A stretch of 52,609 nt of DNA from the NCBI GenBank assembly GCA_964463145.1, contig CAYXBG010000003.1, forward strand, positions 1 through 52,609, given 5' to 3'. This document shows positions 45,458 through 52,609 of the stretch, in pieces; positions within the stretch are counted from its first letter, which is position 1, and the number at the start of each line of letters is the position of its first letter. The translations under genes and the position numbers were made by a program. Below the pieces are notes generated by a model, which made no database searches, was not told the DNA's origin, and saw nothing but the letters and a program-made list of their open reading frames with translations. This stretch comes from an uncultured Acidobacteriota bacterium. Its GTDB lineage: Bacteria; Acidobacteriota; UBA6911; RPQK01; CBDAPI01.

Positions 45458-45660
45458 GGCTTCTCTCGCAGCATCCTAAACACTTGTATTAGCCCGGCGA
45501 CAGATCCGAAAAGGGCCCCCACAAGTGATACAGTCGCCCCTCCCCCAAGATACCGACCAAACCATCCACCTATTCCATATCCAATGAGCATACAAGCGGG
45601 TAACAGCAGAATAATACCGCTATAACGAGCAACCATTCCCGCTACGCTGGATTTTTTCAT
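45454..45660 (-). CDS. atpZ: AtpZ/AtpI-family small membrane protein
   Basis: 68 aa, two TM helices (GIILLLPACMLIGYGIGGWFG...). Overlaps the atpI start (ATGA). Confidence 0.7.
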   Translation of the reverse strand: MKKSSVAGMVARYSGIILLLPACMLIGYGIGGWFGRYLGGGATVSLVGALFGSVAGLIQVFRMLREKP

Positions 45661-45684
45661 CTCACCAAAGAGAGGTAACCCTCA

Positions 45685-47178
45685 TCACATTAAAGGTAGC
45701 GACGCCGACTTCGCCAGTTCGATAAAAGGTTGAGGATATATCCCCATAAGTAGCGTCAGCAAGCCTGCTAAAACTAGAGTAATTGTCGTCCCAGTAGAAA
45801 GTGCCAGGGGAACCGGCACAAAATCGCGCTCAAAAAACATCAAAACTACTATACGCAAGTAATAGTAGAGGGCAACAACAGCATTCAAGGCCCCTACAAT
45901 CGCTACACTGAACATGAGCAACGCCAGGCCCCCACTACTGTTAAGACCTACATCCATCACAGAAGCAAACACGAAATACTTCGCAATGAACCCTCCCATT
46001 GGAGGAATGCCCGCCAACGAAAGGAGGAAAAATAACATCGATATTGCTACGGCGGGGTGCTGACTGAATAATCCCTTAAAGGAGTCTATATCTTCTCCTT
46101 TAATATCCTCGCGCCGCAAAACTATGATCACTGCCCACGCCCCTAAATTCATGACGGTGTATATGAGCAAATAGATGGCAGCAGCTCTAATTCCAAAGGC
46201 AGTCCCTGCCACTAATCCCATGAGTACATAACCTGCATGAGATATACTTGAATAAGCGAGCAACCGTTTGACATTTTTTTGGGTTACTGCTGCCACATTA
46301 CCCCATGTCATTGTCAACATAGAGATGAACGCTAGCACCCCGACATACACTTCTCGGACATCACCAAAAACCACCAGACAGATCCGGAAAAAGAGGGCGA
46401 ATCCGGCGGCTTTCACTGCCACTGACATGAATGCTGTCACCGAGGTCGGGGCACCCTCGTAGGCATCCGGAGCCCACATATGGAAAGGCACTGCAGCGAC
46501 TTTGAAACACAGACCAACAATTGTGAGCATGACTGCAAGCACCACCAGAGGACCAATTTCAGTGGCACCCAGAACCTCTCCAATTTCAGAAAGGTTGGTC
46601 GACCCGACAATTCCGTAAAGTAACGACGTACCGTAAAGGATTATTCCCGTCGAGAAAGCACCCAAAAGAAAATACTTCATAGATGCTTCATTGGACCGAC
46701 GTTGGCGAGATGTAAAACCAACGAGAATGTACGTACTAACGGACATTAGCTCTAGACCCACAACCACCGTAATGAGTTCCATGGCCCCGGCCATGAACAT
46801 CATGCCTGCCGTTGCAAAAAGAATTAAGGCGTAATATTCGCCGTGATGACTACCCTCAATTTCCAGATACCGATAAGAGAGCAACACCGACAAAAATGCT
46901 GCTACTAGGAAAAGTAAATGGAAAAAACGAGTGAAAAAATCAAAAACAATTGCTCCCTCGAAAGCCGGGCCCGCATCATTGCCCCAGATCACATAAAAAG
47001 CCGAGACGGCCAGACCGGCAAGAGTGTAGAAAAGTGGGTAACGAGTGCTGTTCTTGCCGAGGAAAGGAACAACACACAAGATGGCTATACCCCAAATAAC
47101 CAAAACTATCTGAGGCCGTATCACTAATGAGTTTTGGATCAGGTAAGAAAATGCGTCTTGGCCTCCAAGAAGATCCAT
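45685..47178 (-). CDS. nuoN: NADH-quinone oxidoreductase subunit N
   Basis: Antiporter-like 14-TM protein, last in the nuo array (PFHMWAPDAYEGAPT motif). Confidence 0.92.
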   Translation of the reverse strand: MDLLGGQDAFSYLIQNSLVIRPQIVLVIWGIAILCVVPFLGKNSTRYPLFYTLAGLAVSAFYVIWGNDAGPAFEGAIVFDFFTRFFHLLFLVAAFLSVLLSYRYLEIEGSHHGEYYALILFATAGMMFMAGAMELITVVVGLELMSVSTYILVGFTSRQRRSNEASMKYFLLGAFSTGIILYGTSLLYGIVGSTNLSEIGEVLGATEIGPLVVLAVMLTIVGLCFKVAAVPFHMWAPDAYEGAPTSVTAFMSVAVKAAGFALFFRICLVVFGDVREVYVGVLAFISMLTMTWGNVAAVTQKNVKRLLAYSSISHAGYVLMGLVAGTAFGIRAAAIYLLIYTVMNLGAWAVIIVLRREDIKGEDIDSFKGLFSQHPAVAISMLFFLLSLAGIPPMGGFIAKYFVFASVMDVGLNSSGGLALLMFSVAIVGALNAVVALYYYLRIVVLMFFERDFVPVPLALSTGTTITLVLAGLLTLLMGIYPQPFIELAKSASLPLM

Positions 47179-47183
47179 GTGAT

Positions 47184-48743
47184 TTACTCCTTAGCCCCTC
47201 TCTGGTCACTGATGGCAGGAAACTCGCCCGGACGCACAATCTCAACGATTTCGTTAACCGGATCGTGAAGGTACTGGATAAATGTTTTCGGATAGAGCCC
47301 TATCCAAAAAGCAAGAACAATGAGAGGTACGAAGGTGGCCAGCTCACGAGAGGTTAAGTCGGTTAGCCCTTGATTCTTGGGATTATCATTTTCCCCAAAC
47401 ATGACCCTTTGGTAGAGCCACAACATATAGGCTGCTCCCAGAACAATACCTATCACACCGGCAATAGCCCAAAATCGGTTAGCAGGATCTGCAAATACTC
47501 CCATTAAAATCATCACCTCACCCACAAATCCATTAAGCGTGGGCAACCCGATAGAGGACATCGTCATTATAAGGAAGACAGTGGCGTAGACAGGCATCCT
47601 GTGTGAGATTCCACCGTAGTCTGAAATCAACCTAGTGTGGCGTCGCTCATAGAGTATTCCGACGATCAAAAATAGTGCCCCGGTAGAGATTCCATGATTG
47701 ATCATCTGAAGGATTCCTCCTTCCAGGGCTACAGGCGTCACAACGAACACACCCAGCATGCAAAAACCTAGATGGCTGACGGAAGAATACGCCACCAACT
47801 TTTTCATGTCTTTTTGCATCATAGCTGTTAACGCTCCGTAAATAATACCGATTACCGCCAGAAGCATCATCCAGGGCATAAATTCCATGGTGGCTTCAGG
47901 TAAAATCGGCAAACTAAAGCGAACAAATCCGTAGGTCCCCATCTTGAGCAACACCGCGGCCAAGATCACTGAGCCCGCAGTAGGCGCTTCAACATGAGCA
48001 TCAGGAAGCCAAGTGTGGAACGGGAACATGGGAACTTTGATGGCAAAACCGATGAAAAACGCCAAGAAAATCCACCATTGCAGATCAAGGGGCAGACCGA
48101 GACTCCGCATACCCAAAACATCAAAAGACCATACACCTGTTTGCTGGTATTGGAAGAAATAGAGAGCCAGAATACCCAATAGCAGTAGCACCGACCCGGC
48201 CAAGGTATAGAGGAAGAATTTGATGGCAGCATAAAGTTTTCGAGGCCCACCCCAGACACCAATGATGAAATACATTGGGACCAGCATTACTTCCCAAAAA
48301 ACGTAAAAAAGCACAAAATCGAGGGCTATAAAAACACCCAGCATTCCTGCCTGCAAAATCAAGAAATAGCAATAATATTCAGGCACACGCTCAGTTATAG
48401 CGTTCCAGGAAGCGAGAATCGCTATGAAGCCCATGAGAGTCGTGAGCAGGATCAAGAGCAAGCTGATGCCGTCAATCCCCACGTGGAATTCGGCACCAAT
48501 AGTAGGTATCCATTGTTTCTTAACAACGAACCGCATGCCGTTTACAGCGTTGATGTACTGTGGGCTGTTGAACCATATAATCAAAGGTAACGAAATAATA
48601 AACCCAAGAAAGGCAACGATATTGGCAACCCATTTCACCTTCATATCCTTTCCCTTGTCTCGGGGCAGTAGCACAATCAAGGCAACGCCCAACAAAGGGA
48701 AAAGACATACGATGATAAGGATATTCTGCATGAAGAAATCCAT
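47184..48743 (-). CDS. nuoM: NADH-quinone oxidoreductase subunit M
   Basis: Antiporter-like subunit (PFHTWLPDAHVEAPTAGS). Confidence 0.93.
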   Translation of the reverse strand: MDFFMQNILIIVCLFPLLGVALIVLLPRDKGKDMKVKWVANIVAFLGFIISLPLIIWFNSPQYINAVNGMRFVVKKQWIPTIGAEFHVGIDGISLLLILLTTLMGFIAILASWNAITERVPEYYCYFLILQAGMLGVFIALDFVLFYVFWEVMLVPMYFIIGVWGGPRKLYAAIKFFLYTLAGSVLLLLGILALYFFQYQQTGVWSFDVLGMRSLGLPLDLQWWIFLAFFIGFAIKVPMFPFHTWLPDAHVEAPTAGSVILAAVLLKMGTYGFVRFSLPILPEATMEFMPWMMLLAVIGIIYGALTAMMQKDMKKLVAYSSVSHLGFCMLGVFVVTPVALEGGILQMINHGISTGALFLIVGILYERRHTRLISDYGGISHRMPVYATVFLIMTMSSIGLPTLNGFVGEVMILMGVFADPANRFWAIAGVIGIVLGAAYMLWLYQRVMFGENDNPKNQGLTDLTSRELATFVPLIVLAFWIGLYPKTFIQYLHDPVNEIVEIVRPGEFPAISDQRGAKE

Positions 48744-48746
48744 CTT

Positions 48747-50798
48747 CTAGACTCCCACGAGATAAAAAGTGAGCAACGCGACGACCCCAAACACAAAAAA
48801 TAATGCGTATCGCTGCATCAGTCCTGTTTGCAATTTCCGGAACACCAAACTAAAGGAGTTCACGACTTCCGCGACCATGTTAACCATCCGATCCACCACC
48901 TCCCGATCAAACAGCCCTGAGATCCAGGCCGCTACCCTGGTCAGAGTCGCCGAGCCATTCACGATCCCATCAATAACATTTGCATCAAACCTGGAAAGGA
49001 AGTTGCCGAAGCCCTTGGTCGGGTTAACCACAGCTGCATCGTAGATTTCATCCACGTAGTACTTGCTGTAAACCCAGCGATATAGAGACCCCAGAGTTCC
49101 AGAAACCTCAAAGCAGGCATGCCGTTGTAGGAGGAAATAGCGCGCAAGCAAAAACCCTAAAACAGCGATGATTACAGACAGCACAGCCAGGCCTATCTCC
49201 AGGGCTATTGGAGCATGATGTGCTCCTTGTTCGCCGAGAAAGGTGTGCTTGAATGCTGGTTCAATAAATTCTCCAAACACATTTGGCAATCCCGACCAAA
49301 CGGGCATCCCCAAAAAACCAACCATCACTGAACCCAGGGCGAGGACCAGCAAAGGGATGGTCATAGTCCTTGGAGATTCGTGCACATGAGAGGTGTCCTC
49401 AAAGCGCTCTGTTCCAAAGAAGGTCAGGAAAATCAGCCTGAACATGTAGAAAGATGTCATCCCTGCCACAATAGCGCCAATGATCCAAATGAAATAGCTA
49501 CCATGATCAAAAACTTTCCAGAGAATTTCATCTTTGGAGAAGAATCCCGCGAGTGGAGGTATACCGGCAATTGCGAGCGTTCCTATCAGCATTGTCCGAT
49601 AGGTAACTGGCATATGTTTCCTCAATCCACCCATCTTCAACATATTCTGTTCGTGGTGCATACCATGGATAACGCTCCCAGACCCTAGAAATAAAAGAGC
49701 CTTAAAAAAGGCATGTGTGAAGACATGGAAAATTGCTGCAACTACCGCACCTACTCCAAGAGCCGTAAACATGTAGCCAAGCTGACTGACGGTCGAATAG
49801 GCAAGAACCTTTTTGATATCCCGCTGAAACAATCCGATGGAGGCGGCCACTATCGCGGTCAGAATTCCTATACCAGCAACGATAGCTAATACCTCCGGAG
49901 TACGACTATAGAGAGCTGTCGAGCGGGCAACCACATAAACCCCAGCTGTCACCATGGTCGCAGCGTGTATCAGAGCACTAACAGGAGTAGGGCCTTCCAT
50001 CGCATCCGGCAACCAAACATAAAGAGGAATTTGAGCGCTTTTTCCACAGGCCCCGATAAAAAGTAGGAGGGCGATCCAACTGAGTACTCCCCAGCCAATC
50101 TCAGGCCCTGGGAAGAGTCGGGCAATTTCCGAGGATCCATCCGTAAAATCCAATGTTCCTAGAGTTGAGAAAATCAGAAACATCCCCAGCACAAATCCGA
50201 AATCTCCAATACGATTCACAACAAAGGCTTTCTTGGCTGCATCGCCGGCACTCTTTTTGTGTGTGTAATATCCAATCAACAAGTATGAGCACAAACCCAC
50301 ACCTTCCCATCCAACAAAAAGCCCCATGTAGTTATTAGAAAGGATCAGGATCAGCATCATAAACATGAAAAGATTGAGATAGGCGAAAAAGCGCCAAAAC
50401 CCTTCCTCTTCCCACATATAACCGATCGAATACACATGAATAAGAAAACCGATACCCGTAACGAAAAGAAGAAAAATCGCCGATAAGGGATCAAATTGGA
50501 GCCCCCAGCTGATGTTAAGTTGGGCCAGCTCCCCGCTGGTGGTTCTAATGTTGTTGCCGGGAATCCAAGTCAGGAGGTCTGTCTCAAACACTCTATTCTC
50601 GGGATCCATTGTTGTGAGTTCGACAAAACAGAAAACTGACAATAGAAAAGCAAGCCCAACCACACCGCAACAAGTCCAATACACAATCGGCCGGCCGAGT
50701 CGTTCACCTTTACGGTACAGTTTCCAGAGACCCAAAGTTCCAATAGTCAGGAACCCTGCCAAGGGAAGCGCTGGGATGATCCAAAGATTATTTAACAT
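48747..50798 (-). CDS. nuoL: NADH-quinone oxidoreductase subunit L
   Basis: 683 aa. Antiporter-like core (PLYVWLPDAMEGPTPVSALIHAATMV) plus a C-terminal lateral-helix region. Confidence 0.93.
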   Translation of the reverse strand: MLNNLWIIPALPLAGFLTIGTLGLWKLYRKGERLGRPIVYWTCCGVVGLAFLLSVFCFVELTTMDPENRVFETDLLTWIPGNNIRTTSGELAQLNISWGLQFDPLSAIFLLFVTGIGFLIHVYSIGYMWEEEGFWRFFAYLNLFMFMMLILILSNNYMGLFVGWEGVGLCSYLLIGYYTHKKSAGDAAKKAFVVNRIGDFGFVLGMFLIFSTLGTLDFTDGSSEIARLFPGPEIGWGVLSWIALLLFIGACGKSAQIPLYVWLPDAMEGPTPVSALIHAATMVTAGVYVVARSTALYSRTPEVLAIVAGIGILTAIVAASIGLFQRDIKKVLAYSTVSQLGYMFTALGVGAVVAAIFHVFTHAFFKALLFLGSGSVIHGMHHEQNMLKMGGLRKHMPVTYRTMLIGTLAIAGIPPLAGFFSKDEILWKVFDHGSYFIWIIGAIVAGMTSFYMFRLIFLTFFGTERFEDTSHVHESPRTMTIPLLVLALGSVMVGFLGMPVWSGLPNVFGEFIEPAFKHTFLGEQGAHHAPIALEIGLAVLSVIIAVLGFLLARYFLLQRHACFEVSGTLGSLYRWVYSKYYVDEIYDAAVVNPTKGFGNFLSRFDANVIDGIVNGSATLTRVAAWISGLFDREVVDRMVNMVAEVVNSFSLVFRKLQTGLMQRYALFFVFGVVALLTFYLVGV

Positions 50799-50830
50799 GG
50801 TTCAGTTTTATCCCTAGACTCCACACCACA

Positions 50831-51133
50831 TCACCATTTCATTCGATCTAATGCATCAATATTGATCGTTTCTTGGTTCCTGAAAAGCGCAATGACAATC
50901 CCCAGACCGACAGCTGCTTCCGCAACAGCAATGGTAATCACAAAAATCGCAAAAACCTGCCCATCTAAATTTTGAAGCCGATCACTGAAAGCGACTAAAT
51001 TAAGATTTACCGCGTTCAACATGAGCTCGATAGACATAAAAATAATCAGAATATTCCTACGCGTCAGGACACCTACAACCCCTATGGAAAACAAGACGGC
51101 ACCAAGGATCAGATAATGAGTTGTTTCAATCAT
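50831..51133 (-). CDS. nuoK: NADH-quinone oxidoreductase subunit K
   Basis: The ATG at 51133 gives a 100-aa three-TM protein ([21 protein letters not shown]). Confidence 0.92.
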   Translation of the reverse strand: MIETTHYLILGAVLFSIGVVGVLTRRNILIIFMSIELMLNAVNLNLVAFSDRLQNLDGQVFAIFVITIAVAEAAVGLGIVIALFRNQETINIDALDRMKW

Positions 51134-51137
51134 TGCA

Positions 51138-51656
51138 TCATGCTCTATTTTGTAAATTCTTCTTAGCCAGGACGACCGCTCCAATAATTGCCACCAGTAA
51201 AAGCACCGAGGCTATCTCAAATGGGAGAAGATATTGCGTATACAAAAGCTCTCCAACCGACTCTGTGTTCTGGGAGCGCCCCTCTATAAGCTCCCGGGCT
51301 GGGGTTGTACCAAAAATGGATGAGCCTCGTGACAAGAGGTACCCTAGCTCAACCACCAATACCACCCCCAGGGCTAGACCTGTCTTCCATTGCCTGCTCG
51401 AGGTTCTTTCCTTTTCCGCCCGTTCAACATTGACCAAGAGAATCACGAAGAGAAACAACACCATAATACCGCCCACATACACCAGAACCTGGGCTGCTCC
51501 GACAAACTCGGCTTGTAGCAGAAAAAACAGACCGGCCACCGACAACAGGGTCGAGATAAGGTAAACAGCACTACGGACGGGATTGCGGGCCGTCACAGTC
51601 ATAACTGCAAATACGAGCAAGATCGTCGCCAAACTGTAGAAAAGAAAAGTCTCCAT
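51138..51656 (-). CDS. nuoJ: NADH-quinone oxidoreductase subunit J
   Basis: ATG at 51656 with AAGGA upstream, 8 nt after the nuoI stop. [18 protein letters not shown] and [19 protein letters not shown]. Confidence 0.9.
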   Translation of the reverse strand: METFLFYSLATILLVFAVMTVTARNPVRSAVYLISTLLSVAGLFFLLQAEFVGAAQVLVYVGGIMVLFLFVILLVNVERAEKERTSSRQWKTGLALGVVLVVELGYLLSRGSSIFGTTPARELIEGRSQNTESVGELLYTQYLLPFEIASVLLLVAIIGAVVLAKKNLQNRA

Positions 51657-51663
51657 ACTATCC

Positions 51664-52137
51664 TTACCTGAAATTCCTCGACTCGCCATACTCGATACGT
51701 TTCCAACCCTTTTCAAGACGGGATCGATCCCACAACATTGTGGATCGATCGTAGGTTGCGAGTTCGAAATCCTGAGTTAGTTCGACTGCATTCGTCGGGC
51801 AAACCTCTTGGCACAACCCACAGAAAAGACAGCGAGAAGTATCAAAAGTATAGGTGGTGAGGACTTTTTTCCTGCTTTCTGGATCACGTTGCACCCCTAC
51901 AACTATCAAATCCTCCGGACAGATCTGGGCACACAAATCACAAGCAATGCACAGAGTTTCTCCCGTCTCGGGATCATTGTTGAGCCTAGGGGCCCCCTTG
52001 TAACGCGCTGCTAACTTGGGACGCTCTGTTGGATACTGCTCGGTATAAACAGGAGTATAGGTATAGCGGAGGGTAAGCCATAAACCTTTGAGAATGTCTA
52101 AGAAAAGAAACCTTTTTAGAAATTGCATTGCAATCAC
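51664..52137 (-). CDS. nuoI: NADH-quinone oxidoreductase subunit I (2x[4Fe-4S])
   Basis: CIACDLCAQICP and CLFCGLCQEVCP. The start directly abuts the nuoH stop. Confidence 0.95.
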   Translation of the reverse strand: MIAMQFLKRFLFLDILKGLWLTLRYTYTPVYTEQYPTERPKLAARYKGAPRLNNDPETGETLCIACDLCAQICPEDLIVVGVQRDPESRKKVLTTYTFDTSRCLFCGLCQEVCPTNAVELTQDFELATYDRSTMLWDRSRLEKGWKRIEYGESRNFR

Positions 52138-52608
52138 CTAACCCCGAAGCGTAAATAGCCACACTAGACAGGCCGACACAATGACATTGGCCAGTGCAAC
52201 AGGCAAGAATATTTTCCACCCATACTGCATCAATTGATCGAACCGAAAACGTGGCAACGTACCTCTAATCCAAATAAACCCATAAAGGATAAGAAATACC
52301 TTAATTGAGAACCACATAAAAGGCGGGATAAATCCCAAAAACCAAAGCCAGGAGACGTTGGGGAAAGGTTGTAACCAGCCGCCAAAGAAAAGTGTGGTCA
52401 TCAACCCCGCGATAGTAATCATGTTGGCGTATTCAGCCATAAAGTACAACGAGAACCGGAAACCACTATATTCTGTGTGGAAACCACCCACCAACTCCGT
52501 CTCTGCCTCCGGCATATCGAAGGGGAGACGGTTTGTCTCCGCAAGTCCACATATAAAAAATAACACCGCAGCTACCGGCTGAACGGCAAAGTACCAGACC
52601 CCGGACGC
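52138..52608 (-). CDS. nuoH: NADH-quinone oxidoreductase subunit H, C-terminal part (5' end beyond the window)
   Basis: The frame is open to the window edge. Contains AETNRLPFDMPEAETELVGGFHTEYSG. Confidence 0.93.
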   Translation of the reverse strand, partial: ASGVWYFAVQPVAAVLFFICGLAETNRLPFDMPEAETELVGGFHTEYSGFRFSLYFMAEYANMITIAGLMTTLFFGGWLQPFPNVSWLWFLGFIPPFMWFSIKVFLILYGFIWIRGTLPRFRFDQLMQYGWKIFLPVALANVIVSACLVWLFTLRG

Positions 52609-52609
52609 T

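Noticed and set aside
43971-45660. Possibility that atpZ-atpI-atpB-atpE represents an N-type (Na+) ATPase operon.
   Set aside because: The N-ATPase gene order (atpDC-QR-BEFAG) is absent. The c subunit has E followed by F, not the Q...E-S/T...Y Na+-binding pattern. The locus looks like a split conventional F-o module.
1-52609. Scan for CRISPR arrays, IS elements or transposases, integrases, prophage genes, toxin-antitoxin pairs, and rRNA or tRNA genes.
   Set aside because: No direct-repeat/spacer pattern, no DDE or tyrosine-recombinase-like ORFs and no structural RNA signatures were recognised. This was by-eye inspection only, and dedicated tools could still find small elements.

Overview
This 52.6 kb window is bacterial, about 48% GC by eye, with dense and often overlapping genes. 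No rRNA, tRNA, CRISPR array, transposase or integrase was recognised. The source looks like an uncultivated Gram-negative-type lineage. The CcmE and CcmH variants are the types seen in Desulfobacterota, SAR324, Acidobacteriota and Nitrospinota-like groups, but taxonomy cannot be settled from this sequence alone.

Most of the window is core bioenergetics and housekeeping:
- **1-5.4 kb (+):** a 5'-truncated multihaem cytochrome c, an amicyanin-like cupredoxin lipoprotein, and haem A and haem O synthases (ctaA, ctaB).
- **5.4-9.4 kb:** small redox and unknown genes, including a minus-strand cluster of a zf-HC2 protein, an uncalled 54-aa membrane protein, a 175-aa Lys/Ala-tailed protein and a 2x[4Fe-4S] ferredoxin.
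- **9.6-19.4 kb:** smc, a secreted S55-peptidase plus beta-propeller pair, a solute-binding lipoprotein and nfuA.
- **27.7-37.8 kb:** a pheA fusion with a structured leader, efp, a dhaKL-VOC-NHL cluster, and dnaK-dnaJ.
- **38.2-52.6 kb (-):** one co-directional array of nuoHIJKLMN, atpZ-atpI-atpB-atpE and ccmE-F-H-x-A-B-C-D.

The most accessory-looking and most interesting stretch is 19.7-26.8 kb (+). It holds a large Tes/GDGT-MAS-family radical SAM enzyme and an orphan pterin-4a-carbinolamine dehydratase. These are followed by a tightly coupled operon: an acyl-AMP ligase-ACP-PlsC acyltransferase fusion, an ArsS-like Cys-rich radical SAM enzyme, and a metallophosphoesterase with a degenerate first metal motif. 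I read this as a candidate locus for an undescribed modified or membrane-spanning lipid.

Other notable points:
- PheA (CM-PDT-ACT) carries a C-terminal DAHP-synthase-like domain whose catalytic motifs look degenerate.
- A roughly 250-nt pheA leader has a strong-SD 49-codon ORF, mutually exclusive pairings and an intrinsic terminator 16 nt before the start codon.
- CcmE has a CxxxY motif in place of the haem-binding His.
- The ATP synthase c subunit carries a signal-peptide-like N-terminal extension.

All functional calls rest on motif recognition by eye and from memory. No database search was run.
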